From assembly GCA_043800555.1 (NCBI GenBank), contig JAZDMX010000008.1, forward strand, positions 5,340 through 69,339: 64,000 nt of DNA. Reading direction: 5' to 3'. Positions 29,648 through 38,969 of this stretch are shown in pieces. This stretch comes from Candidatus Omnitrophota bacterium. GTDB lineage: Bacteria; Omnitrophota; Gorgyraeia; Gygaellales; Profunditerraquicolaceae. Position 1 is the first letter of the stretch. Every line of letters begins with the position of its first letter. Under the pieces are notes generated by a model, which had not been told where the DNA came from, did not search any database, and worked only from the letters and a program-made list of their open reading frames with translations. The translations under genes and the position numbers were made by a program.

Positions 29648-29675
29648 AGTATACCACAAATCATCTCTTTTTCAA
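29648..29675 (-). promoter_or_regulatory. Putative promoter of the AbiE pair at 28164-29605
   Basis: TTGAAA-16 nt-TATACT with an extended -10 TG, starting 6 nt after the host gene stop. Confidence 0.55.
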
Positions 29676-29681
29676 GCCCCC

Positions 29682-29990
29682 TTATTTTAAGTAAGGCGCG
29701 TATTTATCAAAGATTTTCCGGTAATTCCTGCTATAAGGCTTAAGCTCAAGCGCCTGGGTTAGCTGGGTAAGGATGAGTTTGCGCGTCAGGGCGTTAGGCC
29801 TGGGGTTCTGCTGGATTAAATCCAGGGCATAGAGCATATGATACACGGCTTTTGCAGGCTCTGCCTCTATCGCCTTGGTTAACTGGCCTTTCCGGTAATA
29901 ATATTCAGAGTCTATCGGGTTTAAAACAGGAGTTAATAAGCAACTGGCGTAAATGACGCTTAAAATAAGTATGATAATCTTGGTTTTCAT
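29682..29990 (-). CDS. Small membrane-anchored TPR-like protein; its last 83-94 nt are gene-tail repeat copy 1
   Basis: N-terminal TM, SEYYYRKG..AIEAEPAKAVYH, QALELKPYS; likely start MKTKII. Confidence 0.7.
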   Translation of the reverse strand: MKTKIIILILSVIYASCLLTPVLNPIDSEYYYRKGQLTKAIEAEPAKAVYHMLYALDLIQQNPRPNALTRKLILTQLTQALELKPYSRNYRKIFDKYAPYLK

Positions 29991-30003
29991 AAGCAGGTAA
30001 AAT

Positions 30004-30441
30004 TTAAAAATCGGGCCGGACTTCAATTTTTGCTACCGGCTTGTGCGTTGATTTGCCATCTTTCATTAGAAAACCGAAATTGCCCTCGGTTAAGCCCTGC
30101 TGATTATTTTTCCGCCAGATCTCCCTCTTGACCTGTTTAATAGCTTCCTTTAATTCCGTTAAAGAATGCAGCCTTGCCTCCAGAACCGCTTTTTCTTGGA
30201 GCAGCTTTTGGTTGTCCCTGCGCGATTCCGTAAGCCTAATATTAACTTTATCCAGCTCTATCCTGGTTTTATCCAGCTCCTCCTGCGCGGCGAGAAGTTC
30301 CTGCGACAGATTAACATTAAGCAGGCGCTCTGAATCCAGCTTTGCCCGGGTATCCTTAAGTTTTATAGCCAGCCACACAGATACGCCGGCTAACAAGAGC
30401 ACAAGGAATATTATTACTATTCTGATTATTGTTTTCTTCAT
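30004..30441 (-). CDS. Membrane-anchored coiled-coil hypothetical protein
   Basis: N-terminal TM, then heptad-rich segment; in operon context. Confidence 0.7.
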   Translation of the reverse strand: MKKTIIRIVIIFLVLLLAGVSVWLAIKLKDTRAKLDSERLLNVNLSQELLAAQEELDKTRIELDKVNIRLTESRRDNQKLLQEKAVLEARLHSLTELKEAIKQVKREIWRKNNQQGLTEGNFGFLMKDGKSTHKPVAKIEVRPDF

Positions 30442-30444
30442 CTC

Positions 30445-31881
30445 TTAATTTATTTTCCTTAGCGTAAATACATATAAGCGCGTAAAATAAACCAAAAACC
30501 CTATGATAAAAAGCAGGCCGATAACTCCGGTTTCCGAGGCAAGCTGCAGGTAATCGCAATGCGCGTAGCGTAAAAATTGCCCTCTCCATTCATGCGTGCG
30601 GTATTTGGGGAAAATTGAAGGGAACGTCCCGAACCCTGTGCCGGTAAGCGGAAAATCCCGGGCAATCTTTAAGGTGTCTGACCACATATCCGGCCGCATT
30701 TCGCTTAAAACCGCCGGTTCATGGATGACCGAGCGGATAATTTTGTTTAATTGCCTGAATTTCGCGTAAGTAGCGTCGGGCCCGATCCAGTATGAAATTA
30801 GCGCGCTTAAGCTGACGGCTAAGGCAAAAAAGAACGCCAGCCTCCCTCTCCTGTTTTTGCGCGCCCGTATGATTATAACGAAAAGGAATACCAGTTCCGC
30901 TATGATAAAGCTGATTATCCCGCCGCGCGATGAGGAATAAAAGATCGAGCCGGACATAATGATCGAATAAAACAGGTAGCTTATTGCCCGGCTTGCTTCG
31001 CTTGATGAAAGCCAGTTTAGCTTATTGCGGATGCCTTTAATCAGGAAAAACGATGAAAACCGCGCCTCTGCCATGAAAAATGCCACTGCCAGCCCCGCGC
31101 ACATCCCCATATAGCCGGCGTAGTGGTCGTAATTAATATAGGGCCCAAAATGGCTGCCATCTTTCTTGATCAACCAGTAAATTTTATGACTGCCGCTTAA
31201 TTTATGCGCAATCCCGAATACGGCAATAATAAATCCGGTCAAGATTATGGCGTTGATAACCTTATAGATAAATTTCCGGTCAATCCTCTGGTTTTTAGCG
31301 TTTAAGGCTGCGGCTAAAGCAAAAAGGACGCTGAAATAAAAGGCATTGGCGCAAATATGCAGGTTAAAGTCAACAAGGCTATGTATGAGTATTGCCAGCA
31401 TGCCGGTAAGGCAGCCGAGGCAAAGATACGCCATTTTTCTTTGCCCGGTTTCGTTATCTGCCGTAGAGTTACCCGCTGAAAACGCCCGGAAAAGTACCGT
31501 AACGAATATAAAACCGTAACTGATAAGCTTGATAAGCTCGGTAACCGATAGCCACGGGTAAATGCTAATAGGCCGCCAATTGCCGGTTTGTGAGTATGCC
31601 AGCGAATATTCGGCGTATAATTTGTAAGTGGCAGGGGAAACCAGCTTTAAAAGCGGCTGGGGAAGCGGGATAAGCTGGAATAAGAGATAAGCCAGAAAAA
31701 CAGCCGATAGGGCAATAACCGGAAACAAAAAAAGCTTTTTAAGGCTAAAACCCGGAGAGAAAACCGTAAGGTTGAACAAAATGAGCGCGGCCAGGGCAAA
31801 AAGAGTAATTGTCCAGGGTTGCGTCGCGCCCAAGGCAAGGGGCAGGAAGCATAACAATAATATTAGTAGGGTGTCTATCAA
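30445..31881 (-). CDS. O-antigen ligase (Wzy_C) family protein with atypical motif order
   Basis: FGPYINYDHYAGY, SSSRGG, DFPLTGTGFGTF, AHCDYLQ; HSLVDFNLHI is internal rather than terminal. Confidence 0.85.
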   Translation of the reverse strand: MIDTLLILLLCFLPLALGATQPWTITLFALAALILFNLTVFSPGFSLKKLFLFPVIALSAVFLAYLLFQLIPLPQPLLKLVSPATYKLYAEYSLAYSQTGNWRPISIYPWLSVTELIKLISYGFIFVTVLFRAFSAGNSTADNETGQRKMAYLCLGCLTGMLAILIHSLVDFNLHICANAFYFSVLFALAAALNAKNQRIDRKFIYKVINAIILTGFIIAVFGIAHKLSGSHKIYWLIKKDGSHFGPYINYDHYAGYMGMCAGLAVAFFMAEARFSSFFLIKGIRNKLNWLSSSEASRAISYLFYSIIMSGSIFYSSSRGGIISFIIAELVFLFVIIIRARKNRRGRLAFFFALAVSLSALISYWIGPDATYAKFRQLNKIIRSVIHEPAVLSEMRPDMWSDTLKIARDFPLTGTGFGTFPSIFPKYRTHEWRGQFLRYAHCDYLQLASETGVIGLLFIIGFLVYFTRLYVFTLRKIN

Positions 31882-33564
31882 CTATGCCTTCTTCTCCTTG
31901 TTTTTGCCGTCTTTAGCGTAGTGGTAATAATGGTAGTAGGCGTGATAGCCGAATTCTTCGGCTTTGAACATATTTAAAACGACGCCCAGGACATTTGAAT
32001 GCACGGAGCGGATGAGCTTCACTGACCTTAAAGCCGCCTGCCTGTGGGTAGCCCCTGCCTTAAACACCAGTATGCAGGCGTCAACTTTGGTGGAAAGTAT
32101 CACTGAATCGGTTGCTGCCAATACCGGCGGCGTATCAAAAATGATCCGGTCGTAGTTTTTGAGGAATTCCTGGATCAATCCTTCGATTTTCTTAGAACCC
32201 AGCAATTCCGCCGGATTAGGGGGGATAATCCCGCTGGGGAGGAAATCAAGGTTACTGATGCCGGTTTTCTTTATATGGGTTTTTATATCCAGGTTGTCGT
32301 AAGCCAGAAGCTCGGTGATGCCTCCGGCGTTAGAAACATTGAATACGTTATGCAGCGTGGGTTTACGCAGGTCCGCGTCAATCAGGATGACTTTTTCCCC
32401 GAACTGGGCAAAGACTGTCGCCAAATCCACCGCGGTGGTGGATTTACCTTCCCCGGGGGCGCAGCTGGTAACCATAATTACCTTTTTGCTTAAATCCGGG
32501 TTGCTGTAAATTATGTTGGTGCGTAAACCCCGGAAGCGCTCGGCAAACGCGGAATTATTTTCTTTGGAGCAAACAAGCGCAGGCGCGCCATTTTTTCCTT
32601 CTTCCGGAGCATAAACCGGAACGGTAGTCAGGCACGCCAGATGCAGGAAGCCTTCGATATCGGATTGCAATTTGATGCTCTGGTCCATATTCTCCAAAAG
32701 GAATACAACCCCTATCCCTATTCCTGCCCCCAGGAAAAAGGCCAGTAAGAGGTTCAAGAAGAGCCGCGGCCTTACCGGCTTTAAGGGAAATTCCCCGGCG
32801 TCCAGTATCTTGACGTTGGTGATCTTCTGGCCTTCTTTGATAAAACTAAAGGCGGATGTGGTGGAGGCGAATAATTTCTGTTTCTCTCCGCTTATCTTGG
32901 CGTTAATTGCGTCAATTTCCGATTGCAAACCCTGAATAATGGGGTGTTTATCCTTCAGGTATTTCAGGTTTTGCTCGATATCGGATTGAAGCTCTGCTTT
33001 GCGCTGGATGAATTGATCCAGCGAGGAATACACGATGTAGGCGTCTACCCAGGTATTGGCGATTTGCTCGGCAAGCTGCGGGTTAACGTCTTCGGCGCTT
33101 ATCTCGATGATCTGGGTCATCCGGACAGGCGTGATTTTTACCGTTTTTAAGAGGGCATTAACGCGCTCATCCCGGGTGATCTCTCTTGCTTTTCTCGGCC
33201 TGCCGCGCAGGTTGCCCCAGGGCTGGTAATCCCCCAGCTCGTTAAAAACCAAATTAGCGATGGAATGGCTTTTTAAGACTTCGATTTGCGAATTGTAGTA
33301 GTTGGCGCGGTCAGTGTAATCGGGGAGGACAGTCTCTTCTACTTTGACGATTTTAGGGGGCTTGCCTTCTATCATAATCCGCGCGGTGGATTTATACACC
33401 GGCCTATTGATACAAGAGTATAATAAGGCTAAAATTACGCAGATTAATATGGTATTTCCAATGAGACGGCGCTGCTTAAAGAGCTTTTCGTAAATCTGGC
33501 GCAGGTCAATCTCCAGGGTTTCTTCTTTTTGCAAGTATTCTTCTTTAACGGGTTCGCCGGTCAT
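31882..33564 (-). CDS. wzc: Polysaccharide co-polymerase / BY-kinase (Wzc-like, shortened periplasmic part)
   Basis: Wzz-like N-terminus, PVRPR + TM, Walker A PGEGKST, IDADLRKP, FDTPP, C-terminal Tyr cluster YHAYYHYYHY. Confidence 0.92.
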   Translation of the reverse strand: MTGEPVKEEYLQKEETLEIDLRQIYEKLFKQRRLIGNTILICVILALLYSCINRPVYKSTARIMIEGKPPKIVKVEETVLPDYTDRANYYNSQIEVLKSHSIANLVFNELGDYQPWGNLRGRPRKAREITRDERVNALLKTVKITPVRMTQIIEISAEDVNPQLAEQIANTWVDAYIVYSSLDQFIQRKAELQSDIEQNLKYLKDKHPIIQGLQSEIDAINAKISGEKQKLFASTTSAFSFIKEGQKITNVKILDAGEFPLKPVRPRLFLNLLLAFFLGAGIGIGVVFLLENMDQSIKLQSDIEGFLHLACLTTVPVYAPEEGKNGAPALVCSKENNSAFAERFRGLRTNIIYSNPDLSKKVIMVTSCAPGEGKSTTAVDLATVFAQFGEKVILIDADLRKPTLHNVFNVSNAGGITELLAYDNLDIKTHIKKTGISNLDFLPSGIIPPNPAELLGSKKIEGLIQEFLKNYDRIIFDTPPVLAATDSVILSTKVDACILVFKAGATHRQAALRSVKLIRSVHSNVLGVVLNMFKAEEFGYHAYYHYYHYAKDGKNKEKKA

Positions 33565-33566
33565 TT

Positions 33567-34148
33567 TTAAAATAAGCTTTGCGGGACTACTACCACGTCT
33601 CCGGCCTGCAGCTCGATATTAGTCTTCTGCCTGCCTTTGTTTACGATGTCGGATACTCTTATCTTGAACTCGGTTTTAGAACCGTCGGGATTAGTGCGGA
33701 TGACTTTGGTGCCGTTAGGAGAGGCAATTTTGGTAAAGCCTTCAGCCAGGGAAATCAGCTCTACTACGGTAAGTTTTCCTTTGATAGGGTATGAGCCGGG
33801 CTTCTTTACCTCTCCCATAATGGAAACAGTGCTGTATTCTTCGATAACTACGGTTACCTGGGGGTTTACCAGGTAGTCTTTGTTTAGAAGCTCAAAAAGC
33901 TTTTGTTCCAAGTCGGAGGTGGTGAGCCCGCTGGCTTCCAATTCTCCGACCAGGGGGAAATTAATCATTCCCTGGGAAGAAACCCGCACCTTTTGGGAGA
34001 TAATCCCGTCTTTGCCGTAATGCACGTCAATCTGGAGCAGGTTTTCCGGGCCGATGCGGTAAGCGGTTTCTTCGGCAAAAAGGGGCTTTTGAGCAAGTAA
34101 ACCCGCTAAAGAAAAGGCCGCCACCGCTAATAGGAATATTCTTTTCAT
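33567..34148 (-). CDS. Short periplasmic polysaccharide export (OPX) protein: Poly_export + one SLBB
   Basis: YRIGPENLL, GMINFPLVG, VNPQVTV, MGEVKKPG, LQAGDVVVVP; 193 aa, no lipobox, no C-terminal OM helix. Confidence 0.9.
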   Translation of the reverse strand: MKRIFLLAVAAFSLAGLLAQKPLFAEETAYRIGPENLLQIDVHYGKDGIISQKVRVSSQGMINFPLVGELEASGLTTSDLEQKLFELLNKDYLVNPQVTVVIEEYSTVSIMGEVKKPGSYPIKGKLTVVELISLAEGFTKIASPNGTKVIRTNPDGSKTEFKIRVSDIVNKGRQKTNIELQAGDVVVVPQSLF

Positions 34149-34168
34149 GAGAGTTGTTTGCGGCAGGC

Positions 34169-35377
34169 TTAAATCATAAAGGTGACCTTTGCCATTATCT
34201 GGCTGCGCTTATAATCCTGCGCGTCTATGCTGGAAAGGTCTTGCTTGTATTGATAATTAATGCCTAATTTTACCCAGTCTTTAGCTTGATATTCCAGGCC
34301 AAAGTCTCCCGTCCAGATGGTATCCCGGCGTTTTTTATCCAGGGTGGGGTCTTTTTCCGGGTAAAGGTTGCGGTCAACGCCTAAGGAACCCGTAAAATTG
34401 AATCTTTCCCACAACTTCTGGTTTAACTCGATGAGAAGGGAATTATTGTTATAGTAATTGTTGTTGGAATAAATTGATTCTATGGCCGTATCGATGAAGC
34501 TGATTTTTAACTGGGTGCGCTCGCTAAACTGGGTCAATAACCCGATTTCCGCGACGAAATTCTCAAACCCGTCCATCCCTTCCGTATCATACTGGCGGTT
34601 CTGGTAACCGACCTTGACAATACCTACGGTTTTGCCGGTGAGGTCGCCCTTTAACCCTACCCTTACCTGGTTATACGAGCCGTCCCGGGTCTTGTCGTGG
34701 ATATAGCCTATATCGGAATAATTATACTCGATTAAGGCCTTGGTTTTCGGGAAAAGCTGATAAAATACGGTATCGGTAAAGACGTCTTCGTTATAGTCGT
34801 AGCCTTCGTAGCTGTTATTGCTAAAAACCTTCAGGAAGTGCCGGTAGCCGAACTCATTGGCGAATTTATTGAATTCCGCCCCGAAAAGCACGTCGCTGGT
34901 ATTCTCAAAACGCTTTATCTGGGTGTTGTATTCTGTTGATGCCCTGTCGGAGGTATTGCGCAACAGGTCCCTAAAAGCAAGGTAGCCGAAAGGAAGCTTG
35001 AAATTGATCAGGCCGGTTGCGTCCTGGTTCTGGTAATTCTGGCTGGTGTAGTCAGAATAGCTGCCTATTTCCGCCGAATAGAGCAACTGCAGGTTATGGC
35101 GCTCATCCAGGCCAAAAGGCAGGTTCATAAAGAACCGGGGGTTGATTACGTTAATAGAGTCTGATTTTCTGTCGGTAGCGCTAAGGAAGATGTTGGTGTC
35201 AAACATTTCAGAAACGCCTACGGCGGCTTTAAAGTCAGCCTGGCCTATTTTTAAAGCGTTTTCCTTCTCCAGGTCTTTTCCTATAACAATGCCGTCCACC
35301 TTAAAATCATCTCCTGCCAGCGCGCGACCGCTTAACAATAACATTACCGCCAAAGCCAAAAATAAACCTTTTTTCAT
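34169..35377 (-). CDS. Outer-membrane beta-barrel associated with polysaccharide export
   Basis: Signal peptide, FDTNIF motif, alternating aromatic beta-strands, C-terminal IMAKVTFMI; adjacent to the short OPX. Confidence 0.8.
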   Translation of the reverse strand: MKKGLFLALAVMLLLSGRALAGDDFKVDGIVIGKDLEKENALKIGQADFKAAVGVSEMFDTNIFLSATDRKSDSINVINPRFFMNLPFGLDERHNLQLLYSAEIGSYSDYTSQNYQNQDATGLINFKLPFGYLAFRDLLRNTSDRASTEYNTQIKRFENTSDVLFGAEFNKFANEFGYRHFLKVFSNNSYEGYDYNEDVFTDTVFYQLFPKTKALIEYNYSDIGYIHDKTRDGSYNQVRVGLKGDLTGKTVGIVKVGYQNRQYDTEGMDGFENFVAEIGLLTQFSERTQLKISFIDTAIESIYSNNNYYNNNSLLIELNQKLWERFNFTGSLGVDRNLYPEKDPTLDKKRRDTIWTGDFGLEYQAKDWVKLGINYQYKQDLSSIDAQDYKRSQIMAKVTFMI

Positions 35378-35399
35378 TTTTTTTCCTTTTCTTAAAAGA

Positions 35400-36014
35400 T
35401 TATTTCGATGGGCTGATATCTTTTCCGGCCTCTTCGTTGGTTACTTCATTCCTTACGTTTGGCACGTCAGGAAGCGGCGGAGGCGAGTAAGGTTCGGCCG
35501 TGAATTCAACCGTAGGGTTAGAAGGATCGCGGGTTACCGATGTTCCATCGGGAAGCTGGAAAACAACTGAACCTGAAACTACCTGAAAACTTCCGGTGTT
35601 AGTAGCTGTGTTTAAGGTTACATTAATGCTGCTGTTGGCCCCGACTGTAGCGCTTGTCCCGCCGCAAGAAACTACTGCTTGGCCGGCGGTAACGGCAATA
35701 TTGGCTGTTCCGGCCTCATTTAAGCCTAAATTAACCGTAGTGCCTGCGCTTACCTGGAGAGTAGAGCCTCCTATGGAAACTGAAACCGTAGAGGTGCCGC
35801 TGGTGGTAATGTTAGCTGAACCCGAAGTGACCGTGATTACCGCTCCATCAGGAATTTCCGGTAACGGCTGGTCTGCGGTTATCGTTACCGCGGTCCCGTC
35901 AGGCATAGTGATTTCTATTGTGCCGGTGCGGTTAGTAATATCTACCGCGGCAAAGGCCTGAAAAGCAAACAACGAACAAAAAACACCCGTCAGCAAAATT
36001 GCTCTTAGCTTCAT
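35400..36014 (-). CDS. Secreted Thr/Ser/Gly-rich beta-strand protein (FecR-like fold possible)
   Basis: Signal peptide ending QAFA; repeated VTSGSA/VTAGQA/VVSGSV units; Pro-rich tail ending DISPSK. Confidence 0.65.
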   Translation of the reverse strand: MKLRAILLTGVFCSLFAFQAFAAVDITNRTGTIEITMPDGTAVTITADQPLPEIPDGAVITVTSGSANITTSGTSTVSVSIGGSTLQVSAGTTVNLGLNEAGTANIAVTAGQAVVSCGGTSATVGANSSINVTLNTATNTGSFQVVSGSVVFQLPDGTSVTRDPSNPTVEFTAEPYSPPPLPDVPNVRNEVTNEEAGKDISPSK

Positions 36015-36049
36015 TTCTCTCTCCTTTTTAGAATTTATATTTAGTTATA

Positions 36050-36078
36050 ATTCTATTGCGTAATGCCAATAATGTCAA
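36050..36078 (-). promoter_or_regulatory. sigma70 promoter of the polysaccharide export operon
   Basis: TTGACA(36073-36078)-17 nt-TAGAAT(36050-36055). Confidence 0.7.
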
Positions 36079-36106
36079 GCACTTTTATTCTTTTAAAAAA
36101 AGGGTG

Positions 36107-36190
36107 AAAAAAGGGGACGCGAAAAAAAGGGGACGTTTCTACTTTTCTGGCTTTAGCTACGGGAAAAGTAGAAACGTCCCCTTTTTTTTT
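36107..36190. repeat. REP-like palindrome, locus 3 (after groEL; likely also a terminator)
   Basis: aaaaaaaggggacgtttctacttttc-tggctttagctacgg-gaaaagtagaaacgtcccctttttttt, plus a partial left arm. Confidence 0.9.
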
Positions 36191-36194
36191 AGGC

Positions 36195-37862
<1,668 letters not shown>

Positions 37863-37870
37863 TTATATGT

Positions 37871-38161
37871 TTATTTAATGACAGCGAGAATGTCTTCTTC
37901 GCGCATAATCAATAATTCTTCGCCTTCCTTGGTGGTGATCTCGTTGCCGGAATATTTTCCGTATAAAACCTTGTCCCCTACTTTGACTTCCGGAACCTGG
38001 GTGTTTCCGTTATCCAGGATTTTCCCTTTTCCTACGGCAATGACTTTACCCTCTTGAGGTTTTTCTTTTGCTGTGTCGGGCAGGACTATCCCACCTTTTG
38101 TTTTTGCTTCAGCCTCTAAAGGCTTGACTACGATGCGGTCTCCCAACGGCTTAATATCCAT
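37871..38161 (-). CDS. groS: Co-chaperonin GroES
   Basis: [25 protein letters not shown]. Confidence 0.99.
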   Translation of the reverse strand: MDIKPLGDRIVVKPLEAEAKTKGGIVLPDTAKEKPQEGKVIAVGKGKILDNGNTQVPEVKVGDKVLYGKYSGNEITTKEGEELLIMREEDILAVIK

Positions 38162-38187
38162 ACGCCCCTCCTTTAAAATTGGTTAAT

Positions 38188-38241
38188 TTAGCACTTAATT
38201 CCCAAGAGTGCTAATTATAAACAAAAAAAAATATTTGTCAA
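38188..38241 (-). promoter_or_regulatory. CIRCE operator (HrcA) and consensus sigma70 promoter of groES-groEL
   Basis: TTAGCACTC-N9-AAGTGCTAA at 38188-38214 (one mismatch to CIRCE); TTGACA(38236-38241)-16 nt-TATAAT(38214-38219). Confidence 0.92.
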
Positions 38242-38969
38242 GTTTTTTTAATAATTTTTTTATAGGTTAAGAAAATGCCTTTTAAAGTAAGGTTTTTATC
38301 TGCCTTAATTTTATGCTTAGAGAATCTTTTTATAAGCTCTATATCGCCGCCGGTCCCGATAACTTTGGTGTTTTTCCCGGTTTTAAGGCGTATTTTTTCG
38401 ATTAAGGCGTCTATTGCCCCTGCGCCCCCCAGTATTACCCCTTTCAAAATACAGCCCCGGGTATTTCTGCCGATGCCGGAATCCGGAGCGGTTAATTTAA
38501 CCTTAGGCAAGAGCGCCGTATTCAGGCTTAAGGCAAGAAACAAAGAATGTATCCCCGGGAGGATGTAACCGCCAAGGTATTCTTTGTTTTTCGATACGGC
38601 ATCTACCGTTATTGCCGTGCCGCAGCTTACCACAACCACCGGGGTAGAATAAATCCGGCTGGCAGCGTAAGCATTTACCAGGCGGTCAGGCCCAAGCTGC
38701 TTTGGCTCCTGATAAAGGTTTTTCAGCGGGACCCCGGCATTCTTGCCTATTATTAAAGGTTTTATGCCCAGCGATTTTTTTATGTCGATAATAAGCCTTC
38801 TGGTTATTTGCGGAGCTACGCTGCAAATAAGCGCGCCTTTTATGGGCAGGCCCAAGGAGCGCAAAGGCCGGTATTTCTTTACGGGGATAATCCAGCTTTT
38901 GACGATCCGGCTGCCCTTAAACACGGCCAAGGATATGTTGGTATTGCCTATATCAACGGCTAGTAGCAT
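38238..38969 (-). CDS. coaX: Type III pantothenate kinase
   Basis: AVDIGNTN, LGPDR, GTAITVD, GGYILPG, GTGGD. Confidence 0.95.
   Translation of the reverse strand: MLLAVDIGNTNISLAVFKGSRIVKSWIIPVKKYRPLRSLGLPIKGALICSVAPQITRRLIIDIKKSLGIKPLIIGKNAGVPLKNLYQEPKQLGPDRLVNAYAASRIYSTPVVVVSCGTAITVDAVSKNKEYLGGYILPGIHSLFLALSLNTALLPKVKLTAPDSGIGRNTRGCILKGVILGGAGAIDALIEKIRLKTGKNTKVIGTGGDIELIKRFSKHKIKADKNLTLKGIFLTYKKIIKKT

Noticed and set aside
25894-29775. Triple repeat as CRISPR array, integron attC sites or DGR template/variable repeats
   Set aside because: Spacers are kilobases long and there are no cas genes. No intI or attC-type hairpin was seen. There is no reverse transcriptase, and the mismatches are not adenine-specific.
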